From NCBI GenBank assembly GCA_041611735.1, contig JBFIML010000005.1, positions 71,664-135,663 of the forward strand: a stretch of 64,000 nt of DNA, read 5' to 3'. Origin of the DNA: Myxococcota bacterium. Lineage in GTDB: Bacteria > Myxococcota_A > UBA9160 > PR03. The notes under the pieces were generated by a model. The model did not search any database. It was not told the DNA's origin and was given only the letters and a program-made list of their open reading frames with translations. Made by a program: the position numbers and the translations under genes. The first letter of the stretch is position 1, and every line of letters begins with the position of its first letter. This document shows, in pieces, positions 40,638 to 50,042 of the stretch.

Positions 40638-42112
40638 GACGTCTCCCGCTCGATGCGTCCGACCCAGCCCGGATGGGCCAGGAAGACCCGCTCGGTCCGG
40701 ACCTCGTCGAGCCCCATCTCGCGCGGGGCGAAGGAAGCGGAGACCTCGCAGACGGCCACGTCCGCGGCCTCGCGAACCGCCGTGATGCGCGGTCCGGAGT
40801 CGCGCATGGGCTCCCAGATCTTCGGGATCCGGCTCTCGTCGAAGCCCATCAGCCGCACCGCCACCAGGTCGAGGGCCACGGGATCGGTGGCGGCGAGCAC
40901 CACGCCCAGGGGCACGTCGCGCGGCGCGAGCGGCCCCGCCCCCTCACCGGCCACGATCCCGTCCAGCACCGTGAGCACGCTGCGCACGGGCCGGGGCGCA
41001 TCCAGGTGCAGCCCGTTGCGGTCGCTGTAATAGAGGCAACGATTGAGGTCGCAGCACATGCGCCAGGTGGTGCGGTTGCCGTGCCAGTTTCCGCTGCGGA
41101 TGAAGTCCTGGCCGCGGGCGGCACTCTCCAGGCGGCGGGCGGCGCGGAAGACGCGCAGCAGGCGGCCTCGGGCCAGCAGCGGCCGGGCCAGCTCGGTCGC
41201 CCGGCTCCTCCAACGGTCGATGCGGCGGTCCTGCGGGAACTCGTCGCCTCCGTCGCGGGCGGCCCCCAGGCTGTGGTGCGGGAGCCAGTTCTTGTCCCCA
41301 TTGATGCCCACCAGGTTCTTCAGGGCGAGGGTGACGCCGGTCTTCTTGTGGGTCTTGAGCTTGGGTAGGTTCACCACCAGGTCCGCGGACAGCACCGTCT
41401 CCGACAGCAGGTAGGCGTGGCGGCCGTCCCGGTGGTGCTCGGTGGTGGGGCCCGGATCGTAGTCGGCGCCCCGGAAGCGCCGCGGGTCGAGGCCCGAGCC
41501 GGTGAAGAAGCTGCGCTCCCCCAGGTCCACCGCCCGGTAGCCGGCCGGGTCGCCCGGCAGGGCCCGGCGCTCGGCCACGATGCCGTCGCGGAACACCACC
41601 GCTTCGCGACGCAGGTCGATCAGCTCCAGACCGCGGCCCAGGGTCTCCTCGTAGAAGGCCACCAGGACGTCGAGCCCGGCGAGGTCCCGGATGCGCTCGA
41701 AGTCACAGTCCTGCTGGGGGGCCTCGGCCACCGCCACGGAGCCCTCGGTGCCCACCGCCAGGAAGGCATAGTCGGCCACGGCGCGCAGGATCGAGCCGTG
41801 GGTGATCACGCTATCGACGCTGGCTCCCTCCAGCGGATTCCAGTGCCGGATGAAGTTCGGCTTGAGCACCACCCGCGCGCCCCGGCCCACCAGGGCGCCG
41901 AGCGGGTTCCAGGCGGCGCCGCCGAAGCGTTCGCGGTCCAGGCCCAGGCCGAACAGGGCCGCCCGCACCCCCGCGTAGGCCGGGTTGAAGGGGCCGTCCT
42001 CGGCGGTGTCGCCCAGGACGCCCACCAGCTCCGGATAGATCTTCCCCGGTCCCCAGGGCGGCTGCAGCCCGGCGTAGCTGCGCTCCGTGCGAGCCAGACC
42101 GACGCGGATCAC
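40634..42112 (-). CDS. DUF362 domain protein
   Basis: VVLKPN, NLPKLKTHKKTGVTLALKN, DGIVAGEGAGP, DPVALD. Confidence 0.88.
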   Translation of the reverse strand: MIRVGLARTERSYAGLQPPWGPGKIYPELVGVLGDTAEDGPFNPAYAGVRAALFGLGLDRERFGGAAWNPLGALVGRGARVVLKPNFIRHWNPLEGASVDSVITHGSILRAVADYAFLAVGTEGSVAVAEAPQQDCDFERIRDLAGLDVLVAFYEETLGRGLELIDLRREAVVFRDGIVAERRALPGDPAGYRAVDLGERSFFTGSGLDPRRFRGADYDPGPTTEHHRDGRHAYLLSETVLSADLVVNLPKLKTHKKTGVTLALKNLVGINGDKNWLPHHSLGAARDGGDEFPQDRRIDRWRSRATELARPLLARGRLLRVFRAARRLESAARGQDFIRSGNWHGNRTTWRMCCDLNRCLYYSDRNGLHLDAPRPVRSVLTVLDGIVAGEGAGPLAPRDVPLGVVLAATDPVALDLVAVRLMGFDESRIPKIWEPMRDSGPRITAVREAADVAVCEVSASFAPREMGLDEVRTERVFLAHPGWVGRIERETS

Positions 42113-43497
42113 CGTTCCAGCCTCGCCACGCGGGACTTGACCGCCCGGAACTTCCCGTTGGGCTCGCGAGGGATCGTCTCCACCGGATGGATCTCCACCC
42201 CGATGGCCTCGCCGAGCCGCGAGCGGATCTCCTTGACCAGCGTCCGCTGCGAGGCCTCTCCCCAGGAGGATCTCGGCACGACGAGGACTTCGATGGAGTC
42301 CCGGTCCTCCTGGAGGATCTGCGCCTCGGCCACGTCGTGCTGCTCCTTGAAGACGTGATCGAGCCGCCCGACCAGCCGGCCGTCGGGAGTCATCACGTAG
42401 TCCTCGATGCGCCCGTCCACGTCCAGGAAGACGTCGCCGGGGCGACCGCAGGGGCAGGGTCTCTTGAGGCGCGTCCCCACGTCACCCACCCGGTAGCGCA
42501 GGAAGGGGGTCGCGTCGGTCGCGAGGCCCGTCACCAGCAGCGGCCCCCGCACCCAGTCGGCCGTCTCCTCCTGGCCTTCCACCTCGACGATGCCGAACTC
42601 CATGTCCACGTGCAGGTGGTTCTCGGGACAGCCCGTCATGGAGACGCAGAACTCGCTGGTTCCGTAGCGGTCGCGCACCGGGGCGCCGAAGGCCTGCTCG
42701 ATGGTCTGGCGCTGGAAGGCGAGCAGCGACTCGGAGGAGGTGAAGACCGCCGCGAGCCGGCCCGGGGCCAGGGGCCTTCCCATTTCGAGCATGGCGCGGC
42801 CCACCAGGTGGAGCGATGAGGGGTAGCCCTGGGCGTAGCGGGCCGGGAGGGCGTGGATCGCGTCCACGTAGTGACGCAGGTTGTCCGGCGTCATGTGGTA
42901 GAGGGAGAAGAGCGTCTGCCCCCCCCACCGATTGCGGCGCCAGAAGGGCGGGGAGGTGCTGGCGAAGGGCACGATGATCTGTCCGCCGAAGGAGAGATGG
43001 GGGTCGCGCAGCGCGACCCCGCAAGCACGGCGCAGGCGCCAGACCGTCGCGTACTCCTCTGCCAGGGTCTCCGGCGTGTACCACAGCCGCAGGGCCGTCC
43101 CCGTGGTTCCGCTGGTCTTGCCCTGGCGCAGGCGGCGGGGCGGCACGTCCTCGGCCACGAAGCGCTCGGGCGCGGCGGCGTACTCCTCCTTCGCCAGCAC
43201 GGGAAGCTGGGCCAGGGTCTTCTCGATGCCGGTGTGCGGGTCCCGGGCCTCCCCCGGAGGCGGGACGTCCAGCCCGCGGTAGTGGGGGACGAAGCGGCGT
43301 GCCCGCTCCAGGAGCCTTCGCAGGCGGTCCCACTGCAGCGCGTGCAGGCGCTCCGGCGTGGAGCGGCCCGTCTCCTCCCACTCGGCCAGCACGCGCCGGA
43401 AGTGGGGTGTGAAGCGCGTGCGGGCGCGCTGGAATCCGGCCCAGCTGCAGGCCAGGTCCTGCATCGGCACCGGAAGGGCCTCGTAGAGCCGGCTCAC
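42109..43497 (-). CDS. Phenylacetate-CoA ligase-family (CapK-like) adenylate-forming enzyme
   Basis: KTSGTTG P-loop, QGYPS, SSESL, DRYGTSE, PFLRYRVGD, DGR, NGKFR. Confidence 0.88.
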   Translation of the reverse strand: MSRLYEALPVPMQDLACSWAGFQRARTRFTPHFRRVLAEWEETGRSTPERLHALQWDRLRRLLERARRFVPHYRGLDVPPPGEARDPHTGIEKTLAQLPVLAKEEYAAAPERFVAEDVPPRRLRQGKTSGTTGTALRLWYTPETLAEEYATVWRLRRACGVALRDPHLSFGGQIIVPFASTSPPFWRRNRWGGQTLFSLYHMTPDNLRHYVDAIHALPARYAQGYPSSLHLVGRAMLEMGRPLAPGRLAAVFTSSESLLAFQRQTIEQAFGAPVRDRYGTSEFCVSMTGCPENHLHVDMEFGIVEVEGQEETADWVRGPLLVTGLATDATPFLRYRVGDVGTRLKRPCPCGRPGDVFLDVDGRIEDYVMTPDGRLVGRLDHVFKEQHDVAEAQILQEDRDSIEVLVVPRSSWGEASQRTLVKEIRSRLGEAIGVEIHPVETIPREPNGKFRAVKSRVARLER

Positions 43498-44735
43498 GGC
43501 GCGGCCTCGACGGTCCGCTCGAGGAAGCGCGCCATGGCCCGCGCCAGGTCGTCGCGACGGAACTCGCGCTCCACCCACTCGCGCCCCGCGCGCGCGCGGG
43601 CCGCGGCCTCCGCCGGGTGCGTGCGCACGTGGCGGATCGCCCGGGCGAGCGCGTCCGGGTCCTCCGGGTCGATCACGAAGGCGGCCTTGCTCTCGGCCAC
43701 CAGACGCCGGATCTCGCCCCGGGCCGCCAGCACCACCGGCCGCTCCAGGGCCAGGAACTCGAAGATCTTGGACGGGATCACGGTCTCGAAGACGGCCAGG
43801 TCGCGCAGCATGACCAGCAGGAGGTCCAGGGAGGCCAGCCAGGCGGGGATCTCCTCCCGGGGCCGCAGGCCGAGGAAGCGCACGTTCTGGAGCCCGCGTC
43901 GCTGCGCCTCGGCTTCCAGGCGGGCGCGGTCTGCGCCGTCGCCGATCAGGAGCAGACGCACCGCGGGGTCCTGGCGCAGGCGTTCGGCCGCGTCGAGCAA
44001 CGCGCCGAGACCGTGGGCGAGGCCCAAGGTGCCCACGTACGCCACCCGGAAGCCGTCCTCCAAGCCGTGACGCCGCAGCAGCTCGCGGTCGGGCGGGCGG
44101 GGTCGGAAGCGCTCGGTGTCGATGCCGTTGTACACGAGGGTGATCCGCTCGCGCGGGATCCCGCGGCGCGCGATGTGATCCGCGAAGGAATCCGTCACGA
44201 CGACGATCCCGGCGGTGCTCCGATACAGGCGCGTCTCCATCCATTCCAGCAGCCGGATGGCCAGGCGGCTGCGGAGCTGCCCGAGCTGGACGATCGAATC
44301 GGGCCAGAGGTCGCGGACCTCCAGCACGAAGGGCCTGCCCTTGAGCCGCGCCACCAGCGCTCCGGCCACGCCGCAGAAGAACTGCGGGCTCGTGGCGACC
44401 ACCACGTCCGGGCGCCCGGCCCGCCGCGAGGCCAGGACCGCCGTCAGCGCGAACAGCAGGTAGTTCAGGGTGCGGCGCAGGAAGCCCTCGTTGGCGGTCA
44501 GGTACATCCAGGTGCGGATCACGCGGATGCCGTCGACCCACTCCTCCTGGATCCAGCGGTTCTGGTAGCCCGGGAAGAGCTCGCCACGCGGGTGGTTCGG
44601 CACCCCGGTGACGACCGTGACCTCGTGGCCGTCCGCGACCCAGCGCCGGGCGTGCTCGTGGGTGCGGTTGGCGGGGGCATTCACCTCCGGCGGGAAATAG
44701 TGGCTGAGCAGCAGGACGCGCACGACCGAGCGCAT
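43494..44735 (-). CDS. GT4 glycosyltransferase, WbuB-like
   Basis: HYFPPEVNAPA, VPNHPRG, TSPQFF, EVRDLWPDS, YVGTLGLAHGL, IPSKIFE. Confidence 0.92.
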   Translation of the reverse strand: MRSVVRVLLLSHYFPPEVNAPANRTHEHARRWVADGHEVTVVTGVPNHPRGELFPGYQNRWIQEEWVDGIRVIRTWMYLTANEGFLRRTLNYLLFALTAVLASRRAGRPDVVVATSPQFFCGVAGALVARLKGRPFVLEVRDLWPDSIVQLGQLRSRLAIRLLEWMETRLYRSTAGIVVVTDSFADHIARRGIPRERITLVYNGIDTERFRPRPPDRELLRRHGLEDGFRVAYVGTLGLAHGLGALLDAAERLRQDPAVRLLLIGDGADRARLEAEAQRRGLQNVRFLGLRPREEIPAWLASLDLLLVMLRDLAVFETVIPSKIFEFLALERPVVLAARGEIRRLVAESKAAFVIDPEDPDALARAIRHVRTHPAEAAARARAGREWVEREFRRDDLARAMARFLERTVEAAP

Positions 44736-45398
44736 TCACTCCGGTACGTATTCGGGGAGCCGCGGCACCACCAGGCCCGCGAGCTCCAGGAACGAGGCTT
44801 CGGCGCCGGCCTCGTCGTCGCGGAGGATCGGCGTGGTGAAGCGTACGAGCGAGCCGTCGGTGCGGCCCCGGCGCGCCCGATCCAAGAACAGGTCCACGAT
44901 CTTGAGCCAGTCGTCGGCGATCACGCGCCCGCGCGACTGATACCAGTAGTACACCAGCTGGCGGAGATCGCCGCGGGCGATGACGAGCCGGTTCACGAAC
45001 GCCGGGCCCTGCGGCAGCCCGGGCAGGTCGAGGGGCACCTTGCTCGCGCCGATGATGTCCCAGCCGGAGCCCGGCAGGCAGTGCTTGGGCGGGTGGATCG
45101 AGTTCTCGGCGGAGCCGCCCCCCTCCCGGCGCACCTGCGTGGCGTGGTATCCCACGTACACGCCCACCCGGGTTCGCGGCTCGTCCTTCTCGTAGTCGCA
45201 GATCAGGTAGTCCGTGGCGCCCAGGTTGCGCTCCACGGCGGGATCCAACCGCTCGCGCTCGGCGCAGCGCCAGGGGCCGAGCTCGAGCGGGACGCCGGCA
45301 AAGGAGGCGCGCGCGGGGACCACCTCCTCGGTGGCCAGGAAGTGGTAGGTGTAGAAGTTGAGCGCCAGGAAGACGAGCGCGACGCTGGCCTTGGTCAT
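44736..45398 (-). CDS. epsI: EpsI family exosortase-associated protein
   Basis: N-terminal TM; YVGYH, IHPPKHCLPGSGW, LVYYWYQSRGR, RTDGSLVR. Confidence 0.9.
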   Translation of the reverse strand: MTKASVALVFLALNFYTYHFLATEEVVPARASFAGVPLELGPWRCAERERLDPAVERNLGATDYLICDYEKDEPRTRVGVYVGYHATQVRREGGGSAENSIHPPKHCLPGSGWDIIGASKVPLDLPGLPQGPAFVNRLVIARGDLRQLVYYWYQSRGRVIADDWLKIVDLFLDRARRGRTDGSLVRFTTPILRDDEAGAEASFLELAGLVVPRLPEYVPE

Positions 45399-46306
45399 GT
45401 CCGGGCCTCCCCCATGCGCGCGGGGCTCCGCCGGCGCGGCCACAGCCTCGCCAGCAGCCAGGCCTCCGCCAGCAGCAGCAGGAAGGCCGCCCCGAAGGTG
45501 AACAGCCCCTGGAACTCGTGGATCCAGCCCTCGGCCGCCGGCTGGCCATAGTGGTAGGTGAGGATACCGGTCAGGGCCACGCGGAAGGCGTTGACCAGGA
45601 TGGCGATGGGGATCGCGGAGAGGACGATCACGAGCCGCTCGGAGATGGTCTTGCGAAAGAAGTAGGCAAAGACCACCCCGAGCGTGATCAGCGCCATGAG
45701 CGAGCGCAGGCCGCTACAGGCCTCGGCCACGAAGAGCTGCGAGTGCGGCAGGTGGATGATGTTGCCCTCGCGCAGCGCCGGGACCCCGAGATAGTAGAGC
45801 GCCTGCACCGCCCAGTCCGCCGCCTGCAGCTGGAGTGGAAACGCCACCACGTTGACCAGGGACTGGGGCAGCGGGACCATCATGAACAGGAACAGCAGCG
45901 GGAAGGCGAGCACCGCAAAGACGCGCCGGCCGAGCACCAGCCACACCAGTCCGATCACCGTCAGCACGAAGGAGACGCGCATGTTCATGAGCTCGACGCC
46001 GAGCCGACCCACGGCCAGCGTCGCGCTGCCGAGCGCGAGCGGGAGGACGCCCCACCAGGACGGCTCGATCGGCGCCCGGCGCAGTGCCGCGCGCCGCTCC
46101 CAGGCGAAGTAGAGCGCCAGCGGGACGATCAGGAAGCCGTGGGAGTAGTCCTCGACGTGGTACCAGTGCAGCCCCATGTACCACAGCACCGGAGCGTAGA
46201 CCCCGAGGGTGAGCGCCAGCAGGGCGAGCAGGAACCAGGGCGCGGCGCGTTGCGCCGCGCTGGTCCGGGCGAGCTCGCTCGTCACCGGGCTGGCGTCGGT
46301 GGCCAA
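45395..46306 (-). CDS. xrt: Exosortase (EpsH/Xrt family)
   Basis: YSHGFLI, FPLLFL..MVPLP, catalytic Cys VAEACSGLRSL, Arg NAFRV, His WIHEFQG. Confidence 0.95.
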   Translation of the reverse strand: MATDASPVTSELARTSAAQRAAPWFLLALLALTLGVYAPVLWYMGLHWYHVEDYSHGFLIVPLALYFAWERRAALRRAPIEPSWWGVLPLALGSATLAVGRLGVELMNMRVSFVLTVIGLVWLVLGRRVFAVLAFPLLFLFMMVPLPQSLVNVVAFPLQLQAADWAVQALYYLGVPALREGNIIHLPHSQLFVAEACSGLRSLMALITLGVVFAYFFRKTISERLVIVLSAIPIAILVNAFRVALTGILTYHYGQPAAEGWIHEFQGLFTFGAAFLLLLAEAWLLARLWPRRRSPARMGEART

Positions 46307-46328
46307 GGGCCGCGCGATCTCCCGCCTC

Positions 46329-46511
46329 CTAGAAGAGGGCGTAGATGAAGGGCGCGACCGCCGAGCCTTCCGTGAGCACGATCAGCACGGAGAGCAGGAG
46401 CATCGTGACCATGATCGGGCCGAGCCACCACTTCTTGCGCACCCGCATGAAGGCCCAGAGCTCCCGAAAGATGGAGAGCCGCTCGAATCGACCACCGCTC
46501 GCGCGCGCCAT
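46329..46511 (-). CDS. DUF5989 (SxtK-like) small membrane protein
   Basis: ELWAFMRVRKKWWLGP...GSAVAPFIYALF signature. Confidence 0.9.
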   Translation of the reverse strand: MARASGGRFERLSIFRELWAFMRVRKKWWLGPIMVTMLLLSVLIVLTEGSAVAPFIYALF

Positions 46512-46546
46512 GGAATCTCCTCTCGAAACGGCCCGGCAACCGGGCC

Positions 46547-48286
46547 TCAGTCCAGCTCGTAGATGGTGCGCCAGTCCACGTCCTCGCGCAGCTCGGGCTG
46601 CTCGCGCTTCTCCAGCAGGTGGCTGCCGAGCACGAGGACGTCCATGTCCGTCCGCATGAAGCAGAGGTACGCGTCCTCGGGAGAGCAGACGATCGGCTCG
46701 CCCCGGACGTTGAAGGACGTGTTGATCAGCACCGGGCAGCCCGTCTGCCGCTCGAACTCCGCGAGCAGGGCGTGGAACTCCGGCGCCGCCTCCCGGGTCA
46801 CGGTCTGCAGCCGGGCGGAGCCGTCCACGTGGGTGACGGCGGGGATGTCGCGGCCCTCCCGCACCGGACAGACCAGCAGCATGTACGGGCTCTCCCGGTC
46901 GATGTCGAACCACTCGGCGGCTCGCTCCGCCAGGATCGCGGGCGCGAACGGCCGGAAGCTCTCCCGGAACTTGATCTTCAGGTTGACCCGCTGCCAGTTC
47001 TCCTTGCGGCGCGGGTCCGCCAGGATGCTGCGGCTGCCGAGGGAGCGCGGTCCCCATTCCAGGCGCCCCTGGAACCAGCCCACCACGGCCTGGTCTTCGT
47101 GGATGCGCCGCGCCACCTCCCGGGTCAGCTCCTCGCGGGGCAGCGTGCGATAGGGCACGCCCTTGGCGTCGAGGAAGCGCTGGATCTTGTCGTCGGAGTA
47201 GGCAGGTCCCCAGTAGGGATGCTCCATGCGCCACACGCGCGGCTTGCCGAGCACGGTGTTGTGCACGAAGAGTGCGGCGCCGAGGGCGCTGCCCGCGTCG
47301 CCCGCCGCCGGTTGCACCCAGAGGTTGCGGAAGGGCCCCTCGCGGACGATGCGGCCGTTGGCCACGCAGTTGAGCGCCACGCCGCCGGCCATGCACAGGT
47401 TCTCGAGGCCCGTGTGCGCGTGGAGATCGCGCACCAGCCGCAGCATGATCTCCTCGGTCACCTTCTGGATGCTGGCTGCGCAGTCCCAGTGGAACTGCTC
47501 GAGCTTGCTCTCCGGCTCCCGGCGCGGCTGGCGGAACAGCTCCTCGAAGCGCCGGTTGGTCATGGTGAGACCGTAGTCGTACGCGAAGTACTTCATGTTG
47601 AGCTTGAAGGATCCGTCGTCGCGCAGGTCCACCAGCTCCTTCAGGATGAGGTCGGTGTACTTCGGCTCGCCGTAGGGCGCCGCGCCCATGACCTTGTACT
47701 CGGCGCTGTTCACCTTGAAGCCCAGGTAGTAGGTGAAGGCGCTGTAGAGGAGCCCCAGGGAGTGGGGGAAGCGGATCTCCCGGGCCAGCTCGATCTTCCC
47801 TTCGCGCCCGATGCCCTGGGTGGCGGTGGCCCACTCCCCCACGCCGTCCACGGTGAGGATGGCCGCCTCCTCGAAGGGGGAGGGCAGGAAGGCGGCCGCC
47901 GCGTGGGACTGGTGGTGCTCCGCGAACAGCACCTCGCCCTGGTAGCCGAGCTCCTTGCGGATCATGTTCGGGACCCAGAGCTTCTCCTTGAGCCAGACCG
48001 GAAGCGCCTTGGAGAAGGACGGCAGCGAGCGTGGAAAGGTGGCCAGGTAGGTGATCAGGATGCGCTCGAACTTGATGAAGGGCTTGTCGTAGAACGCCAC
48101 GTAATCGAGATCGGCGGGCGTGAGCCCCGCCTCGCGCAGGCACCAGGCCACGGCCTGGCGCGGAAGGTCCGGGTCGTGCTTCTTGCGGGTGAAGCGCTCC
48201 TCGTGGGCGGCGGCCACCAGGCGGCCTTCCTGGAGCAGGGCGGCGGCGGCGTCGTGGTAGAAGCAGGAGATCCCGAGGATGTTCAT
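46547..48286 (-). CDS. Carbamoyltransferase (NodU/CmcH/SxtI family)
   Basis: ILGISCFYHDAAA, EERFTR, EHHQSHA, DGVGE, EYKVMG, GGVALNC, EWGPRSLGSRS, RESFRPFAP, NTSFN. Confidence 0.96.
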   Translation of the reverse strand: MNILGISCFYHDAAAALLQEGRLVAAAHEERFTRKKHDPDLPRQAVAWCLREAGLTPADLDYVAFYDKPFIKFERILITYLATFPRSLPSFSKALPVWLKEKLWVPNMIRKELGYQGEVLFAEHHQSHAAAAFLPSPFEEAAILTVDGVGEWATATQGIGREGKIELAREIRFPHSLGLLYSAFTYYLGFKVNSAEYKVMGAAPYGEPKYTDLILKELVDLRDDGSFKLNMKYFAYDYGLTMTNRRFEELFRQPRREPESKLEQFHWDCAASIQKVTEEIMLRLVRDLHAHTGLENLCMAGGVALNCVANGRIVREGPFRNLWVQPAAGDAGSALGAALFVHNTVLGKPRVWRMEHPYWGPAYSDDKIQRFLDAKGVPYRTLPREELTREVARRIHEDQAVVGWFQGRLEWGPRSLGSRSILADPRRKENWQRVNLKIKFRESFRPFAPAILAERAAEWFDIDRESPYMLLVCPVREGRDIPAVTHVDGSARLQTVTREAAPEFHALLAEFERQTGCPVLINTSFNVRGEPIVCSPEDAYLCFMRTDMDVLVLGSHLLEKREQPELREDVDWRTIYELD

Positions 48287-48311
48287 GCGTCGCAGGCTCC
48301 GGGAGGATGGG

Positions 48312-48563
48312 TCAGAAGGGCTGCTTCAGGTTGTCGAGCTCGGGCGGCCGCGCGTCGCTGTCGCGCCAGGCGGAGTCCGGCTGGCCCAGCCGGTGCTTGT
48401 CCAGGAAGTCGCGACCCGCCAGCTGGGTGACGACCGCCACCGGACCGAACACGAAGGCGTACACGAAGCCGAGCACCACCAGGGTCTGCACCTCGCCGAA
48501 GCGCGCCGCCAGGGCCAGCCAGCCCTGCCAGAGCCGTCGCCGGAGCGTCCGCAAGCCGCTCAC
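48312..48563 (-). CDS. SxtJ-family small membrane protein (short form)
   Basis: WQGWLALAARFG.VQTLVVLG.VY..VFGP...GRDFL...SAW...QPF. Adjacent to the carbamoyltransferase. Confidence 0.8.
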   Translation of the reverse strand: MSGLRTLRRRLWQGWLALAARFGEVQTLVVLGFVYAFVFGPVAVVTQLAGRDFLDKHRLGQPDSAWRDSDARPPELDNLKQPF

Positions 48564-49675
48564 GCCGCCACCCCCAGGTCCCGGGCCAGGACCGCCACGA
48601 TGCGGCGGGCGGCCTCGCCGTCCCAGTCCGCCGGGACGCGTCCGCCCTTGCCGCCGCCGTCCAGGATCTTGCGCACCTCGACCCGGATCGTAACCGGGTC
48701 GGAGCCCACCAGCGTGTTCGTGCCGTGGGTCACCGTGACGGGCCGCTCGGTGTTGTCGCGCAGGGTGAGGCAGGGGACGCCGAGCACCGTCGTCTCCTCC
48801 TGGATCCCCCCCGAGTCGGTGAGGACGAGGCGGGCCTCCGACATGGCGCGCAGGAAGTCCAGGTAGCCCAGGGGCTCCACCAGCCGCAGCTTCGGCGCGT
48901 GGCCGCCCAGCAGGCGCTCGATGGAGGCCCGGGTTCGCGGGTGGATCGGGAAGAGCACCGGGATCTCCTGGTGTACCCCCTCCAGCACCTGGAAGAGCCG
49001 GTGCAGCCGCTGGGGGTCGTCCACGTTGCTGGGCCGGTGCAGGGTCAGCACCGCGTAGCTCTTCGGCTCGAGCCCCAGGCGCTCCAGGGTATCCAGTCGC
49101 CGGGCCTGCTCCAAGTGGGCCCGCAGCGTGTCGATCATGACGTTGCCCACCCGGTGGATGCGGTGGCGTTCGACCCCCTCCCGGAGCAGGTTCTCCTCCC
49201 CGGCGGGCTCGGTGACGAAGAGCCACTCGGAGATGGCATCGGTCAGCCGGCGGTTCACCTCCTCGGGCATGGAGGGGTCGAAGGAGCGCAGCCCGGCCTC
49301 CACATGGGCCACGGGGATGCCGAGCTTCACCGCCGCCAGGGCGGCCGCCAGGGTGGAATTCACGTCACCCACCACCACCACCGCCCGGGGCTGCCGTTCC
49401 AGCAGGACGAGCTCGATCCGGCTCAGCACCTCGGCGGTCTGGCGGGCGTGGCTGCCGGATCCCACGTCCAGGTTCACCTCGGGCTCCGGGATCCCCAGCT
49501 CCTCGAAGAAGCGCCTCGACATGGCGTCGTCGTAGTGCTGGCCGGTGTGGACGAGGCACGGCTCGAAGCCCGGCCGGGCCCGCAGCTCCCGCAGCAAGGG
49601 CGCGATCTTCATGAAGTTCGGGCGTGCCCCGGCTACCAGCAGGAGACGCGCGGGTGCCTGGGCCTCCAGGGTCAT
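48560..49675 (-). CDS. wecB: UDP-N-acetylglucosamine 2-epimerase (non-hydrolysing)
   Basis: GARPNFMK, HTGQHYD, VGDVNST, HVEAGLRSFD, PEEVNR, TDSGGIQEE, TERP. Confidence 0.96.
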   Translation of the reverse strand: MTLEAQAPARLLLVAGARPNFMKIAPLLRELRARPGFEPCLVHTGQHYDDAMSRRFFEELGIPEPEVNLDVGSGSHARQTAEVLSRIELVLLERQPRAVVVVGDVNSTLAAALAAVKLGIPVAHVEAGLRSFDPSMPEEVNRRLTDAISEWLFVTEPAGEENLLREGVERHRIHRVGNVMIDTLRAHLEQARRLDTLERLGLEPKSYAVLTLHRPSNVDDPQRLHRLFQVLEGVHQEIPVLFPIHPRTRASIERLLGGHAPKLRLVEPLGYLDFLRAMSEARLVLTDSGGIQEETTVLGVPCLTLRDNTERPVTVTHGTNTLVGSDPVTIRVEVRKILDGGGKGGRVPADWDGEAARRIVAVLARDLGVAA

Positions 49676-49707
49676 CGGCTCTCCTTCGGGACGACGGCGC
49701 CCGCGGC

Positions 49708-49723
49708 TGCGAGAAATGTGCCA
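49708..49723 (-). promoter_or_regulatory. Sigma54 (-24/-12) promoter for the wecB...wzy operon
   Basis: Minus strand TGGCACATTTCTCGCA has GG and GC at consensus spacing, about 33 nt upstream of the wecB ATG. Confidence 0.7.
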
Positions 49724-49842
49724 GCCCCCGGCCCGGCACCCCGGGGCTCTCGGGCATCGCCCCGGGAACCCCTCAGGATGCCTCCCCGGGGCATTTCTGC
49801 CACCCTCCCGCCCCTTGGAACCACTTTACCGGTCGAGGAAAA

Positions 49843-49884
49843 ATGATTCTCAGCAGGAAAGGGTCTTCCCAAGCGGAGAATAAT
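49843..49884. promoter_or_regulatory. Imperfect inverted repeat; candidate enhancer (UAS) for a sigma54 activator
   Basis: ATGATTCTCAGC-N18-GCGGAGAATAAT (10/12 complementary) in an AT-richer patch between the two sigma54 motifs. Confidence 0.5.
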
Positions 49885-49970
49885 CTTACACACTATGGGG
49901 TCCCGCGCCGGCTGGTCCGGCCCGGGGCGGGTGGCGCGGGCAAGGCTGCCGGCCCGGCTCGGATCCGGGC

Positions 49971-49986
49971 TGGCACGGGGCTGGCA
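49971..49986 (+). promoter_or_regulatory. Sigma54 (-24/-12) promoter for the regulator-wza-wzc operon
   Basis: TGGCACGGGGCTGGCA has GG and GC at consensus spacing, upstream of ATG 50043 (SD GGAGG). Confidence 0.7.
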
Positions 49987-50042
49987 GCCCCGCCGTGAGC
50001 ACCCCCTGGCCCCAAAACTCGTTTCGAGGGGAGGAGGCGGTC

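Noticed and set aside
44736-44750. VPE at the end of EpsI as a PEP-CTERM motif
   Set aside because: It is followed immediately by a stop codon, with no TM helix or basic tail.
46329-48563. Saxitoxin biosynthesis
   Set aside because: Only sxtI/J/K-like genes are present. There is no sxtA/sxtG-like core, and the context is polysaccharide biosynthesis.
49676-50042. CRP site for the Crp/Fnr regulator at 63194
   Set aside because: No TGTGA-N6-TCACA-like palindrome was found by eye.
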